Positions 1 through 10,790 of a DNA stretch of 24,000 nucleotides are shown piece after piece. The notes under the pieces were generated by a model that searched no databases, was not told the origin of the DNA, and saw only the letters and a list, made by a program, of their open reading frames with translations. The position numbers and the translations under genes are program-made. Position 1 is the first letter of the stretch. The number at the start of each line of letters is the position of its first letter. Source of the DNA: an uncultured Clostridia bacterium. Its GTDB lineage: Bacteria > Bacillota > Clostridia > Lutisporales > Lutisporaceae. Location of the stretch: positions 1,346,627 through 1,370,626 of the forward strand of contig OW818645.1 in the NCBI GenBank assembly GCA_942492835.1, written 5' to 3'.

Positions 1-135
1 TTGGTCATATAGTTATGTTAGTGACGAATTGTTTGTTAATATTTTTATACATTTTATACATTAGTATGCATTTATTTCATATTAACATATATTGCTATTC
101 TAGTAAACAAAAATGTCATATATGGTAATATTATT

Positions 136-187
136 AGAACCAAAATCAGATATGGATAATTCATGCCTGATTTTGGTTCTGTTTTTT
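136..187. terminator. Hairpin terminator, possibly bidirectional, immediately after the stop of the minus-strand Fe-S gene
   Basis: Perfect 14-bp inverted repeat AGAACCAAAATCAG (136-149) / CTGATTTTGGTTCT (167-180) with a 17-nt loop. GTTTTTT follows on the + strand (181-187). The stop codon of the minus-strand CDS is at 186-188. Confidence 0.6.
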
Positions 188-902
188 AACTTAATCTCTG
201 CGCATCTCCATTCATATCTATTCTCACTTTGTGTAGCTGAATATATTTGCCAGAATTCATTATTGCTTGTTCTGCTGCTCTTACAATACCTCCACAACAT
301 GGCACTTCCATAAATGCTACTGTCACACTCTTAATTTCATTGTTTTTTAAAATTTTGGTAAGCTTCTCTATATAATATTGTATATCATCTAGTTTTGGAC
401 AACCTACTACTACCTCTTTACCTTTTAACAAATCCAAATGATAATTCGGATAAGCAAATGGCACACAGTCTGCTGTTATAAGTAAGTCAGCTCCAGAAAA
501 GTATGATGTCTTCTCTGGTACTAGCATTAATTGAACAGGCCAATGTGACAATTGTGACTTTATTTTTACCTCAATGTCCTCAGATGATACACTAGCTGAA
601 TTTTGATTGTGGTTATTTCTATTTACTTCCATCATTTTGCTTCCTGGACAACCTCCTCCATGCTGAGGAGCATGCTCTTTTACTGCTGTTTCATCAAATT
701 CGTCAGCTTCTCTTTCAGTTATCTCAATTGCTCCTTGAGGACATTCACCAAGACATGCTCCCAAACCATCACAAAGATTTTCTGATAAAAGCTTTGCTTT
801 GCCATCTATTATCTTTATAGCACCTTCAGCGCAGGATGGAACACAAATTCCACAACCATTACACTTATCCTCATTAATATTAACTATCTTTCTTATTGCC
901 AT
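186..902 (-). CDS. 4Fe-4S dicluster (ferredoxin-type) domain protein with a Cys-rich C-terminal domain
   Basis: Two CxxCxxCxxxCP-type motifs: CNGCGICVPSCAEGA and CDGLGACLGECPQGA. The C-terminal part has CVPF, GCPKL and VPCCGG. I trimmed the start to ATG 902 (MAIRKIV...) because GGAGG lies 8 nt upstream. The track's longer ORF to 1043 would run through the purH terminator. Confidence 0.8.
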   Translation of the reverse strand: MAIRKIVNINEDKCNGCGICVPSCAEGAIKIIDGKAKLLSENLCDGLGACLGECPQGAIEITEREADEFDETAVKEHAPQHGGGCPGSKMMEVNRNNHNQNSASVSSEDIEVKIKSQLSHWPVQLMLVPEKTSYFSGADLLITADCVPFAYPNYHLDLLKGKEVVVGCPKLDDIQYYIEKLTKILKNNEIKSVTVAFMEVPCCGGIVRAAEQAIMNSGKYIQLHKVRIDMNGDAQRLS

Positions 903-989
903 TCTTACTACCTCCAAATTTAAATTTATATTAAATGTATTATATTGTTCAATCACAATATCATTATAAAGCCTTTGCGAAGTTCTTGA

Positions 990-1005
990 TGTGATTTTTA
1001 TCACA
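990..1005. promoter_or_regulatory. Perfect TGTGA-N6-TCACA palindrome, a candidate Crp/Fnr-family or Rex-type operator upstream of the Fe-S gene
   Basis: TGTGATTTTTATCACA is a perfect 5+6+5 palindrome. A minus-strand TATAAT lies at 968-963 with no good -35. With that -10 the palindrome centre falls at about -41.5. Confidence 0.45.
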
Positions 1006-1020
1006 AAAATAAAAATATTT

Positions 1021-1051
1021 AAAAATAAAAATGGCAGACACATGGTCTGCC
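1021..1051 (-). terminator. Rho-independent terminator of the pur operon (after purH)
   Basis: 7-bp GC-rich stem GGCAGAC (1033-1039) / GTCTGCC (1045-1051) with a 5-nt loop. On the minus strand it is followed by ATTTTTATTTTT. It starts 24 nt after the purH stop. Confidence 0.8.
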
Positions 1052-1074
1052 ACTATTGATTATATCTTTATGCT

Positions 1075-2616
1075 TTAATGTCTAAAATGCCTCATTCCTG
1101 TAAATATCATGGCAATTCCATTCTTGTTACATTCATCTATAGAATCTTGGTCTCTTAAGGAGCCACCTGGTTGAATTATTGCCCTTATGCCTGCTTTTGC
1201 AGCTACTTGAACTACATCATTAAATGGGAAATAAGCATCTGATGCTAGTACCGCTCCTTTTGCTTTCTCTCCAGCTCTTTCAATACTCATTTCTGTAGGC
1301 CATATCCTATTTACCTGACCGCCGCCTATACCTAATGTTGTATTATCCTTTGCAATTACAATGGCGTTTGATTTTACATGCTTAACAACCTTCCAAGCAA
1401 ACATCAAATCCTTCATATCCTCTTCGCTTGGCTTTTGTTCAGTAACATACTTTATATCCTGCATATCAAAATCCTTTTGATCCTCTTCTTGCAGTAATAT
1501 GCCTCCATTTACCTTCTTTATGTCAAGGTTACCTTGTTCTATATGCTCGATATCTGGAAGCTGCATTATTCTTATATTTTTCTTTCTTTTTAGTATTTCC
1601 AAAGCCTCTTGACTATATGACGGTGCAATTACAATATCAATAAAGATTTTATTTATTTCTTCAGCAGTTTTTACATCTACAGTTCTATTTAATGCAACTA
1701 TTCCCCCAAAAATCGATACAGGATCTGCATTAAATGCTTTTATGTAAGCTTCATATATATCTTCTCCAACGCCTACACCACATGGGGTGGAATGCTTTGA
1801 TGCTACTGCAGCTGGCTTCTTGAATTCCTTTACAGCCTGCACCGCACCGTTAGCATCATTTAAATTACAGAAGGAAAGCTCCTTCCCATGAAGCTGTACC
1901 GCATTGACTAAACCACCCTTTGCAGGCAGCATTTCTTTGTAGTAAGCTCCTGTCTGATGTGGGTTTTCTCCATATCTTAAATCCTGAAGCTTTTCATATG
2001 TCATAGTTACAACCTCTGGATATTGCTCCAGTCCAGCTTTGTCCCATAAATAGTTTGCTATCAAACAGTCATAGCTTGCAGTATGTGAGAATACTTTTGC
2101 TGAAAGCTTAAATTTAGTATCTAAGCATACATCACCTTGTTGTTCCAGCTCGTCAATCACCTTATCATAATCTGATGGATCAATTACTACAGTAACATAT
2201 TTATAATTCTTAGCAGCTGCACGAAGCATGGAAGGTCCGCCGATATCAATGTTTTCTATTGCTTCATCCAAAGCTACATTTTGTTTTTCTATAGTCTTTC
2301 TAAAAGGATATAGATTTACTACTACCAAATCTATAGTTTCAATATTAAATTCCTTCAAGGTGTTCATATGCTCTTGGTTATCTCTCATAGCCAGCAAGCC
2401 TGCATGTATTCTAGGATGAAGTGTCTTTACTCTACCATCCAAACACTCAGGAAAACCTGTGATTTCTGAGATTCCAATAACCTTAATTCCTGCTTCCTCT
2501 AATGCTTTTGCTGTACCTCCAGTAGATATTATCTCTACTCCATTTTTCACTAGTTTTTTTGCAAATTCTACTATCCCTGTCTTATCAGAAACACTTATTA
2601 AAGCTCTTTTTATCAT
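1075..2616 (-). CDS. purH: Bifunctional AICAR formyltransferase / IMP cyclohydrolase
   Basis: 513 aa. N-terminal MGS-like [10 protein letters not shown] motif and typical C-terminus ...[18 protein letters not shown] upstream. Last gene of the pur operon. Confidence 0.95.
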   Translation of the reverse strand: MIKRALISVSDKTGIVEFAKKLVKNGVEIISTGGTAKALEEAGIKVIGISEITGFPECLDGRVKTLHPRIHAGLLAMRDNQEHMNTLKEFNIETIDLVVVNLYPFRKTIEKQNVALDEAIENIDIGGPSMLRAAAKNYKYVTVVIDPSDYDKVIDELEQQGDVCLDTKFKLSAKVFSHTASYDCLIANYLWDKAGLEQYPEVVTMTYEKLQDLRYGENPHQTGAYYKEMLPAKGGLVNAVQLHGKELSFCNLNDANGAVQAVKEFKKPAAVASKHSTPCGVGVGEDIYEAYIKAFNADPVSIFGGIVALNRTVDVKTAEEINKIFIDIVIAPSYSQEALEILKRKKNIRIMQLPDIEHIEQGNLDIKKVNGGILLQEEDQKDFDMQDIKYVTEQKPSEEDMKDLMFAWKVVKHVKSNAIVIAKDNTTLGIGGGQVNRIWPTEMSIERAGEKAKGAVLASDAYFPFNDVVQVAAKAGIRAIIQPGGSLRDQDSIDECNKNGIAMIFTGMRHFRH

Positions 2617-2629
2617 GGTATCACTCCTC

Positions 2630-3253
2630 TTATAGAATTTTTACCCGTCTACCCTGTATCTCAAGCTTTTCATCACAAAATAATGCAGCAGCTTTTACGA
2701 TCAACTGATGCTCAACTTCTAGAACCTTAGCTGCTAGGGTTTCTGCAGTATCTTCATAAACTACAGTTACTGACTGCTGTAATATAATAGCCCCAGTATC
2801 CGTTCCCTCGTCAACAAAATGAACAGTTGCGCCGGACACCTTTGCACCATATTCAATAACAGCCTTGTGCACCCGCTCTCCATAAAAACCGTTGCCGCAA
2901 AATGATGGTATAAGAGAAGGATGGATGTTTATAACCCTTCCTTCGTATTCCTTAACAATATCTGTAGGCAGAATGCTCAAATAGCCTGCCAGTATAATAA
3001 GTCCTATATCCCGACTTTTTAGCTGTTTACTCATTTCTGCATCAAAGTTGGTCTTACTGTCAAAGCTTTTTTTGTTGATAGCAATAGCTTCAATATTATG
3101 CTTTTTTGCCCGCTGAAGTCCATATGCATTTTCTTTATCTGATATTACTACAGCAATATTACCATTGATAGTGCCGTTTAAAGCTGCATCAATCAGTGCC
3201 TGTAGGTTACTACCGCTTCCTGATATCAAAACTGCAATATTTAACCTTGACAC
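2630..3253 (-). CDS. purN: Phosphoribosylglycinamide (GAR) formyltransferase
   Basis: 207 aa with [12 protein letters not shown] and [10 protein letters not shown] motifs. GTG start with GGGAGG 9 nt upstream. Overlaps the purM stop by 13 nt. Confidence 0.9.
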   Translation of the reverse strand: MSRLNIAVLISGSGSNLQALIDAALNGTINGNIAVVISDKENAYGLQRAKKHNIEAIAINKKSFDSKTNFDAEMSKQLKSRDIGLIILAGYLSILPTDIVKEYEGRVINIHPSLIPSFCGNGFYGERVHKAVIEYGAKVSGATVHFVDEGTDTGAIILQQSVTVVYEDTAETLAAKVLEVEHQLIVKAAALFCDEKLEIQGRRVKIL

Positions 3254-4293
3254 AGCTCAATGCCTCCCTCGCCTTTTATTACCTCTCCTATTAAATAAGC
3301 CTTTTCATTCATGGATTTAAGCTCTGACATTACTTTGTCTACATCATTTTTGTTCACTACCAACACTAAACCTATTCCCATATTATAGGTATTAAACATT
3401 TCCTTCTGTTCTATATTGCCCAGTCTTTGCATCAATTTGAATATTGGCAATACTGGTACACTAGAGAGGTTTATCTTTGCTTTTAGTCCTTTTGGTATAG
3501 TTCTTGGTATATTCTCTATAAAACCGCCCCCTGTGATGTGGGCAATTCCATTTATGTTTACTCGTTCTATAAGCTCTAGTATAGTTTTTACATAAATTCT
3601 AGTTGGCTTTAGAAGTTCTTCTCCCAATGTGCAGTCAAGTTCTTCAAAGGTTGAATCAACTGTATAATTATTTAGCTCAAAGAATAGCTTCCTTACAAGA
3701 GAGAAGCCATTACTATGAACTCCGCTAGAAGCCAAGCCTATTATTGCATCACCTTCTGATACGTTAGCACCGTTTATAACCTTATCCTTGTCTACAATAC
3801 CTACTGCAAAGCCTGCTACATCATACTCTCCTCTTTTGTAGAAGCCGGGCATCTCTGCTGTTTCTCCGCCTATCAATGCACAACCAGCTTCAACACAGCC
3901 ATCGCATACTCCCTTGACAATATCTGAGGTTGCCTTTGGCTCTAGCACTCCAGTGCCTATATAGTCTAAAAAGTATAGTGGCTTTGCTCCATGACATACT
4001 ATATCATTTACACACATTGCAACACAATCAATACCAATAGAGTCATGTCTACCTGTCATAAAAGCTAATTGCAGTTTTGTTCCTACTCCATCAGTACCAG
4101 ATACCAAAATTGGCTTCTTATATTTCTCTGTATCTATCTCAAAAAAACCTCCGAAGCTGCCTAAACCTCCAATTACGCCTGGTATTTCTGTTTTTTTGGT
4201 ATGTTCCTTTATTAGTCTTACTGTCTCATAACCTGCTTCTACATCTACACCAGCACTTTTATAGGTTACTCTTTGAATTTCTTTATCGCTCAT
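3241..4293 (-). CDS. purM: Phosphoribosylformylglycinamidine cyclo-ligase (AIR synthetase)
   Basis: [10 protein letters not shown] motif and full-length PurM-like sequence. I trimmed the start to ATG 4293 ([17 protein letters not shown]...), 4 nt after the purF stop. The track's extension to 4419 overlaps purF. Confidence 0.92.
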   Translation of the reverse strand: MSDKEIQRVTYKSAGVDVEAGYETVRLIKEHTKKTEIPGVIGGLGSFGGFFEIDTEKYKKPILVSGTDGVGTKLQLAFMTGRHDSIGIDCVAMCVNDIVCHGAKPLYFLDYIGTGVLEPKATSDIVKGVCDGCVEAGCALIGGETAEMPGFYKRGEYDVAGFAVGIVDKDKVINGANVSEGDAIIGLASSGVHSNGFSLVRKLFFELNNYTVDSTFEELDCTLGEELLKPTRIYVKTILELIERVNINGIAHITGGGFIENIPRTIPKGLKAKINLSSVPVLPIFKLMQRLGNIEQKEMFNTYNMGIGLVLVVNKNDVDKVMSELKSMNEKAYLIGEVIKGEGGIELCQG

Positions 4294-4297
4294 TGCT

Positions 4298-5716
4298 CTA
4301 CCTTCTTTCAAATACATGCTTATCGCAGTCTTCTGTAATATCAACAGGATATTTTCCATTGAAGCAAGCTGTACAAAAACCTTTTCCTTTACTGGATACT
4401 GATTCAAGTAAGCCTTCATAGCTTAAATACCCTAGACTGTCTGCATCTATTTTTTCTTTTATCATTTCTAATAAATTACTTGCTCCCATAAGCTCATTGC
4501 TTCTCTGAGTATCAATTCCAAAATAGCAGGAATGTATAACCATCGGAGAACTTACTCTAACATGTACCTCTTTTGCCCCTGCATCTCTTAGAGCTTGGAC
4601 TATTTTCTTACTGGTAGTACCTCTAACAATACTGTCGTCTACCATTACTATCCTTTTACCCTCAATTTGCTTTTTTAGAGGATTAAGCTTTAGTGTTACA
4701 CCCAGCTCTCTAGTTTCTTGAGAGGGTTGAATAAATGTTCTACCTATATATCGATTTTTTATTAGACCTATTGTATAAGGTATCCCTGATTCTTTTGCAT
4801 AGCCAATAGCAGCAGGTGTTCCGGAGTCAGGCACACAGATAACTAAGTCTGCATCTGCAGGCTGTTCCTTAGCAAGTATTCTGCCTGCATTTTCTCTTGA
4901 ACCATATACGCTAATACCGTCAATAATGCTGTCTGGTCGTGCAAAGTATATGTATTCAAATATACAAGAGGCTTTTTTTTCTGGTTCAGTTTGAATACTT
5001 CTTAGTCCTTTTTCGTCAATAATGATTATTTCTCCTGGGTTCACATCTCTTACGAACTTTGCTCCCAGAGTATCTAGTGCGCAACTTTCTGATGCCAGTA
5101 CATATCCTTCTCCCAGCATACCTAGCACCAAAGGACGCAGACCATGCTTATCTCTTACTCCAATAAGCTCATCATTTGTCATGATAACTAGGGAATAAGA
5201 ACCCCTTATTACATCCATGGTTCTTGTTATAGCATCATCAATATTATCCTTATAGTTTTTTGCTATAAGGCAAGCAATTATCTCACTGTCAATAGAGGTG
5301 GTGAAAATCATACCCTGATCCTCCATCTCCCGTCTTAATGCATGTGCATTTACAAGGTTGCCATTATGAGCAAGCGCTATTGTCCCATTCTTGTACTTAA
5401 CTACCAAAGGCTGTGCATTTGTTACAAAGCTTTCTCCTGTAGTGGAGTATCTCACGTGACCTATACAGCTATCACCCTTAAGAAGGTTTAGTATTTTGTC
5501 ATCAAAAACCTCCGAAACCAAACCCATTTCCTTATAGCAGGTTATTATGCCATCATTTTTTACAGCTAGACCTGCACTTTCCTGACCTCTATGTTGAAGC
5601 GCAATCAAGCCGTGGTAGGCAAGTACTGATGTGTTAATATTATTTTTTTCATAAATCCCGATAACACCGCATTCTTCTTTTGGCTTGTCATCATCATATA
5701 AATTTATATTTTGCAT
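4298..5716 (-). CDS. purF: Amidophosphoribosyltransferase, Fe-S type with a short propeptide
   Basis: N-terminal nucleophile context [13 protein letters not shown] loop [12 protein letters not shown], and C-terminal Cys ligands [10 protein letters not shown]. Start chosen at ATG 5716 (MQNINLY...) with GGGAG 7 nt upstream. The track start at 5755 would overlap purC. Confidence 0.92.
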   Translation of the reverse strand: MQNINLYDDDKPKEECGVIGIYEKNNINTSVLAYHGLIALQHRGQESAGLAVKNDGIITCYKEMGLVSEVFDDKILNLLKGDSCIGHVRYSTTGESFVTNAQPLVVKYKNGTIALAHNGNLVNAHALRREMEDQGMIFTTSIDSEIIACLIAKNYKDNIDDAITRTMDVIRGSYSLVIMTNDELIGVRDKHGLRPLVLGMLGEGYVLASESCALDTLGAKFVRDVNPGEIIIIDEKGLRSIQTEPEKKASCIFEYIYFARPDSIIDGISVYGSRENAGRILAKEQPADADLVICVPDSGTPAAIGYAKESGIPYTIGLIKNRYIGRTFIQPSQETRELGVTLKLNPLKKQIEGKRIVMVDDSIVRGTTSKKIVQALRDAGAKEVHVRVSSPMVIHSCYFGIDTQRSNELMGASNLLEMIKEKIDADSLGYLSYEGLLESVSSKGKGFCTACFNGKYPVDITEDCDKHVFERR

Positions 5717-5747
5717 CGCTATACTCCCATTTCTGAAATGTAGATTT

Positions 5748-6455
5748 TTATCCACAAATTCTTCCTACTACTTCCATGTAACCTTCTTCTACCTTACCCA
5801 TGTCTCTTCTAAATCTATCCTTATCAAGCTTCTCATGAGTTGTTACATCCCATAATCTGCATGTATCTGGTGATATTTCATCTGCTAAAATGATTTCTCC
5901 ACCAGGTGTTTTACCAAACTCTAGTTTAAAATCAACCAAATCGATGTTTTTTTCCTTCATTACTTCAGTTAGTATCTCATTAATTCTTAGAGAAGCTTTT
6001 TCTATAATTCTTATTTCCTCTTCTGTTGCTAACTCCATAGCTTTTATATGATATTCGTTAATAAATGGATCTCCCAACTCATCATTTTTATAGCAATATT
6101 CTAAAACTGTAGTGTTTAGTTTTGTGCCTTCCTCTATTCCATAACGCTTAGAAAGTGAGCCAGCAGCATAATTTCTTACTAACACCTCTATAGGAACTAT
6201 TTGTACCTTCTTAACCAACATATCTCTATCATTTAATTTTTTGATAAAGTGGGTTTTAATACCTTTAGCTTCAAGAATCTCAAATAGCTTTGTTGATATA
6301 GTGTTGTTCATTATACCCTTGTCAACTATAGTACCCTTTTTTAGTCCATTAAGTGCAGTTGCATCGTCCTTATACTCCACTATATATTGATCAGCTATCT
6401 CTGTCTTATATACCTTCTTTGCTTTTCCTTCATACAACATATCTAATTTATTCAT
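5748..6455 (-). CDS. purC: SAICAR synthetase
   Basis: 235 aa with the [11 protein letters not shown]-terminal motif. SD GAGGAGG upstream. One nucleotide after the purE stop. Confidence 0.93.
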   Translation of the reverse strand: MNKLDMLYEGKAKKVYKTEIADQYIVEYKDDATALNGLKKGTIVDKGIMNNTISTKLFEILEAKGIKTHFIKKLNDRDMLVKKVQIVPIEVLVRNYAAGSLSKRYGIEEGTKLNTTVLEYCYKNDELGDPFINEYHIKAMELATEEEIRIIEKASLRINEILTEVMKEKNIDLVDFKLEFGKTPGGEIILADEISPDTCRLWDVTTHEKLDKDRFRRDMGKVEEGYMEVVGRICG

Positions 6456-6456
6456 A

Positions 6457-6960
6457 TTAAAAAACCTCCTCTTTAATCTTTTTATCTTTTTCTATTACTG
6501 TTCTTTTCATTTCTGCTTTATGCTGTTTTAGCTTTTCCTTTAACTCATCATATCTTAAAGCTAATATTTGAACTGCCAAGATTCCTGCATTTTCAGCTCC
6601 GTCTACCGCTACTGTAGCTACTGGTATTCCAGATGGCATTTGTACAATAGACAAAAGTGAGTCCAATCCATCTAGTGTTGATGATTTAATTGGTATTCCA
6701 ATTACTGGTAATGTGGTAAACGCTGCCAAAACTCCAGGCAGGTGAGCTGCTTTTCCAGCTGCTGCAATAATTACATCAAAGCCTTTTGCTTCTGCATTGC
6801 TAGCATATTCTACTGCTATTTCTGGTGTTCTGTGTGCTGATATGACACTTACCTCATACAGAACTCCAAATTTCTTTAAAACATCTACTGCTTTTCTTAC
6901 AACAGGAAGGTCTGAGTCGCTTCCCATTATTACTGCTACCTTAGGGCTTTTACTTTCCAT
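6457..6960 (-). CDS. purE: PurE: N5-CAIR mutase / AIR carboxylase catalytic subunit
   Basis: 167 aa with [13 protein letters not shown] and SAHRTPE motifs. SD GGAGG 6 nt upstream. Confidence 0.93.
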   Translation of the reverse strand: MESKSPKVAVIMGSDSDLPVVRKAVDVLKKFGVLYEVSVISAHRTPEIAVEYASNAEAKGFDVIIAAAGKAAHLPGVLAAFTTLPVIGIPIKSSTLDGLDSLLSIVQMPSGIPVATVAVDGAENAGILAVQILALRYDELKEKLKQHKAEMKRTVIEKDKKIKEEVF

Positions 6961-6981
6961 ATGGTGCCTCCTTTTGTGAAC

Positions 6982-9900
6982 TTATAGATAATATTTTACA
7001 CCCGCTTCGAATAACCCTTGGTTCTTTTCTCCTGATATATTTATGGCAACGCTGTTGCCTCTTCTCTCTGAATGTCCCATCTTGCCAAGTATTCTACCAT
7101 CAGGGCTGGTTATTCCTTCTACGTTGTGCATTGAACCATTTGGATTTATACCTACATATTGTGTGGCTATTTGACCATTTTCCAATAGATTATTGTAAAG
7201 CTTGTCACTAACTATAAATCTACCCTCTCCATGAGATACAGGTATACTATGAATATCTCCAGGCTTTGTATTGCTAAACCAAGGTGAAAGGTTTGATACC
7301 ACCTGAGTGGTTGCTATACAGGATATATGTCTTCCACTGGTGTTATAAGTAAGAGTTGGACTATCTTCACCAATATCCTTTATTTCACCATAAGGTACAA
7401 GTCCTAGCTTGATTAATGCCTGAAAACCGTTGCATATACCAAGCATCAGTCCATCTCCATGCTTTAATTTCTCTGTGACAGCTTCTTTTACTCTTGGATT
7501 TCTAAACATTGTAGCTATAAACTTACCTGAACCGTCAGGCTCATCTCCTGCACTAAAGCCTCCAGGTAATGCTATTATTTGTGAGGAGTTTATCCCATTA
7601 ACCAGATTTATTATTGAATCCTCAATATCGTTTTGATTCATATTCCGAATAACTAAAGTCTGCGCAATACCGCCTGCTCTTTCAAAAGCTGCTGCAGTAT
7701 CATACTCACAGTTTGTTCCTGGGAATACCGGTATAAGAATTCTAGGTGCTGCAAGCTTGATACCTGCATGTGTTTTAGCTGTAGAGTTATAGAAGCTGTG
7801 ATTTGTAGCTTTCTCACTCTTTATCTTTGATAGACTGCTTGGGAAAACCTCAGAAAGAGGATTCTGCCATGCATTTAGTGCTTCTTCAAGCTCTATGATT
7901 TCACCATGGAAGCTTATTTCTGGCTTTGACTGTGTTGCTCCTAACACTTTATAGTTTAGTCCTTCTAGTAAGGCTTTAACATCATACTCATTGCTTATTT
8001 CTAAAATCACGTTGCCATAATCATCCGTGAACAGTTCTTCAAGCTTCATGTCTTTTGCAATGTTCATTCCTATCATGTTTCCAAAGCACATTTTGCTTAT
8101 AGCGGCTGCTACTCCTCCATGCTTCACAACTGCTGAAGACAAGATTCTGCCTTCTCCTGTTAGTGAACTTAACTTATCTAAGTTTTTCTTAAGTTGTATG
8201 AAGTCAGGCATTTCTTCTTTATTCCTATCTACACAAAGCATTACAATATTACTTCCGAGTTTTTTAAATTCAGAAGATATAACCTTATTTACATCCATTG
8301 TACCCACTGCAAAGGCTACTAAGGTAGGTGGCACGTTTATATCCTTAAAGGTGCCTGACATGCTGTCTTTTCCACCAATTGCAGGTATTTTAAGCATTGA
8401 CTGTGCATAGAATGCTCCCAGCAATGCACTTAATGGCTTGCCCCATTTTTCTGGCTCCTTGCCAAGCTTTTCAAAGTATTCCTGTAGGGTTAGGCGAAGC
8501 TTGCTGTAATCAGCGCCAAAGGCTGCTGCTTTTACTGCGGCCTCTATAACAGCATACATTCCACCATGAAAAGGACTCCAGGTAGATAGGTATGGGTTAA
8601 AACCATAGGTCATAGTAGCTGCTGTATTTGTATCAGCATTTTGTACTGGAAGCTTCATAACTAATCCATCAGTAGGAGTAGCTTGATACTCTCCGCCAAA
8701 AGGCATTAGTACAGTAGCACTGCCTATACTGCTATCAAAACGCTCTACCAATCCTCTTTGACCACATATATTTAGATCCTTTAGATTTTCTATCCATTTG
8801 CTCTTTAAATCTTTAATATCAGTATTATCCTGCTTTATTTTCTCAAAATAGCTTATCTGCTCTGGTGCTTCTATTGTAGCCTTAGTATTTTGCTTAACTC
8901 CATTTGTATTTAGAAATTCTCTGTTTATATCGACAATAGTCTTTTTCTTCCACTGCAACACAAGTCTTTTTTGCTCAGTAACCTCAGCCACCTTTATTGC
9001 TTCCAGATTTTCATTAGCAGCATAACTTATAAAGGTATCTAAGTCCTTTGAATCAAGCAATACTGCCATTCTTTCCTGTGATTCAGAAATTGCTAGCTCA
9101 GTTCCGTCTAGTCCTTCATATTTTTTAGGAACTGCATCTAAATCTATTACAAGACCGTCGGCGAGTTCTCCTATAGCAACTGCAACCCCTCCTGCTCCGA
9201 AGTCATTGCACTTTTTAATCAGCTTACTAACTTTAGAGTTTCTAAACAACCTCTGTATTTTTCGTTCTACTGGAGGATTGCCCTTTTGCACCTCTGCTCC
9301 ACAGTTTATTATGGATTTATCATCATGCTCTTTAGAAGAGCCTGTAGCACCGCCACAGCCATCCCTTCCAGTTCTGCCGCCAAGCAATACAATTACATCG
9401 CCTACATTATCAGTGTCCCTAACAACATTTTCTCTAGGTGCTGCTCCAAGCACTGCCCCAATCTCCATACGCTTTGCTACATAGTTTGGATGATATATTT
9501 CTGCTACCTGTCCTGTAGCTAAGCCAATTTGGTTTCCATAGGAGCTGTAGCCTGTTGCTGCACCTGTAGTTATCTTCCTTTGAGGAAGCTTTCCTGGTAT
9601 TGTAGCTTCTATAGGTGTTCTTGGATCTGCACTGCCTGTTACCCTCATAGCTCCAAATACGAAAGATCTGCCTGAAAGAGGATCTCTTATTGCTCCTCCC
9701 AGACAAGTTGCCGCTCCGCCGAAGGGTTCTATCTCAGTAGGATGATTGTGAGTTTCGTTTTTGAACATCAACAGCCATTCCTCTGTTTTACCATCCACAT
9801 CAACATCAACAACGACGCTGCATGCGTTTATCTCGTCAGATACCTCTAAATCATTTAACAGTCCCTGCTTTCGCATTTCCTTCATAGCAATAGTGGCTAT

Positions 9901-10731
9901 GTCCATAAGATTTATATCTCTTTTTACATCCTTATAAACATATTTTCTTGCTTGTTTGTATAAATCTAGAGCTTGCTCTACTCCCCTATTGTAAACGCTA
10001 TCTTTTATAGTAATATCTTGAATTTCTGTGTGAAAGGTTGTATGTCTGCAGTGATCAGACCAATATGTGTCTATAACACGTATTTCTGTAATAGATGGGT
10101 CTCTTTTCTCTATATCTCTAAAATATTGTTGGCAAAATGCCAAATCTTCAAGGCTCATTGCCAATCCTAAATCCTGTGCAAAAGCTTTTTGCTGCTCTTT
10201 ATTTAAACTTATAAATCCTCTTATGATTTCTACATCGTTTGCTTCAAAGGACTCCATATCCAGCTTTGAAGGCTTCTCCATAGCTGCTTCCCTTGAGTCG
10301 GACTGATTTATGCAATAAGCTTTTATCTTATTTAGCTCTTCCTTTGATATATCTCCCTTTAGCACAATAAGCTTTGCAGTCTTAACAATAGCATGTTCCT
10401 TCTGTGTAAGTATCTGTATACACTGAGTAGCTGAATCAGCTCGTTGATCATACTGTCCTGGGAGGTACTCAATAGCAAATAGCTTCTCGTCATTTCCTAT
10501 AGCTAATTCCTCATTATATACCATATCTACATTGGTCTCAGAGAAAATAAGCTTGCTAGCTTCCTTGTATTCCTCATTACTTAGTCCTTCGACATCATAA
10601 CGATTAATAATTCTTACTTCTTTAATACCCTTAACCAAAAGGTTTTCCTTAACTTCGTGGTATAAGTTCTTCGCTTCTGCGGCATATTCCTGTTTCTTCT
10701 CTACATATATTCTTCTGACTTTATTTTCCAT
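6982..10731 (-). CDS. purL: Phosphoribosylformylglycinamidine (FGAM) synthase, single-chain large form
   Basis: ~1249 aa. SDHCRHTTF motif in the synthetase part. C-terminal glutaminase has the GICNGFQ nucleophile elbow and GHSERRG. Start set at ATG 10731 (MENKVRR...), about 8 nt after AGGAGGGG. The track start at 10740 is a GTG inside the SD. Confidence 0.93.
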   Translation of the reverse strand: MENKVRRIYVEKKQEYAAEAKNLYHEVKENLLVKGIKEVRIINRYDVEGLSNEEYKEASKLIFSETNVDMVYNEELAIGNDEKLFAIEYLPGQYDQRADSATQCIQILTQKEHAIVKTAKLIVLKGDISKEELNKIKAYCINQSDSREAAMEKPSKLDMESFEANDVEIIRGFISLNKEQQKAFAQDLGLAMSLEDLAFCQQYFRDIEKRDPSITEIRVIDTYWSDHCRHTTFHTEIQDITIKDSVYNRGVEQALDLYKQARKYVYKDVKRDINLMDIATIAMKEMRKQGLLNDLEVSDEINACSVVVDVDVDGKTEEWLLMFKNETHNHPTEIEPFGGAATCLGGAIRDPLSGRSFVFGAMRVTGSADPRTPIEATIPGKLPQRKITTGAATGYSSYGNQIGLATGQVAEIYHPNYVAKRMEIGAVLGAAPRENVVRDTDNVGDVIVLLGGRTGRDGCGGATGSSKEHDDKSIINCGAEVQKGNPPVERKIQRLFRNSKVSKLIKKCNDFGAGGVAVAIGELADGLVIDLDAVPKKYEGLDGTELAISESQERMAVLLDSKDLDTFISYAANENLEAIKVAEVTEQKRLVLQWKKKTIVDINREFLNTNGVKQNTKATIEAPEQISYFEKIKQDNTDIKDLKSKWIENLKDLNICGQRGLVERFDSSIGSATVLMPFGGEYQATPTDGLVMKLPVQNADTNTAATMTYGFNPYLSTWSPFHGGMYAVIEAAVKAAAFGADYSKLRLTLQEYFEKLGKEPEKWGKPLSALLGAFYAQSMLKIPAIGGKDSMSGTFKDINVPPTLVAFAVGTMDVNKVISSEFKKLGSNIVMLCVDRNKEEMPDFIQLKKNLDKLSSLTGEGRILSSAVVKHGGVAAAISKMCFGNMIGMNIAKDMKLEELFTDDYGNVILEISNEYDVKALLEGLNYKVLGATQSKPEISFHGEIIELEEALNAWQNPLSEVFPSSLSKIKSEKATNHSFYNSTAKTHAGIKLAAPRILIPVFPGTNCEYDTAAAFERAGGIAQTLVIRNMNQNDIEDSIINLVNGINSSQIIALPGGFSAGDEPDGSGKFIATMFRNPRVKEAVTEKLKHGDGLMLGICNGFQALIKLGLVPYGEIKDIGEDSPTLTYNTSGRHISCIATTQVVSNLSPWFSNTKPGDIHSIPVSHGEGRFIVSDKLYNNLLENGQIATQYVGINPNGSMHNVEGITSPDGRILGKMGHSERRGNSVAINISGEKNQGLFEAGVKYYL

Positions 10732-10751
10732 GGGTTTCACCCCTCCTTGTC

Positions 10752-10780
10752 TTTACAGCATAATTTTAACATAGTATAAT
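10752..10780 (+). promoter_or_regulatory. Sigma-A-type promoter for the LysR-family gene
   Basis: TTTACA (10752-10757), exactly 17 nt, then TATAAT (10775-10780), about 50 nt upstream of ATG 10831. Confidence 0.55.
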
Positions 10781-10790
10781 TGATAATTAT
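10776..10790. promoter_or_regulatory. Candidate LTTR box (T-N11-A interrupted palindrome) in the purL/LysR divergent intergenic region
   Basis: ATAATT-GAT-AATTAT is a perfect interrupted palindrome overlapping the predicted -10 of the LysR gene. AT-rich context raises the chance expectation. Confidence 0.3.

Noticed and set aside
3-128. Open + strand frame from the window edge (GHIVMLVTNCLLIFLYILYISMHLFHINIYCYSSKQKCHIW*), ending just before the hairpin and T-run at 136-187. It could be the 3' end of a convergent gene.
   Set aside because: It is only 41 codons of very AT-rich sequence with nothing recognisable. It cannot be told apart from a chance open frame without upstream sequence, so it is not annotated.
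100-313. ORFs 100-300 (-) and 113-313 (+) at the left edge.
   Set aside because: They overlap the 3' end of the Fe-S gene and run through the 14-bp-stem terminator. They have no SD, and their composition looks non-coding.
603-10306. Plus-strand ORFs of 60-127 aa from the track, lying inside minus-strand pur and Fe-S genes: 603-785, 2228-2419, 4077-4421, 6797-6979, 7430-7636, 8027-8410, 9206-9484, 9286-9522, 9973-10170 and 10067-10306. Also the out-of-frame minus-strand ORF 9434-9706.
   Set aside because: All are embedded antisense or out of frame within long, motif-rich conserved genes. They have Ser/Leu/Phe/Ile-rich low-complexity translations typical of shadow frames, and none has an SD.
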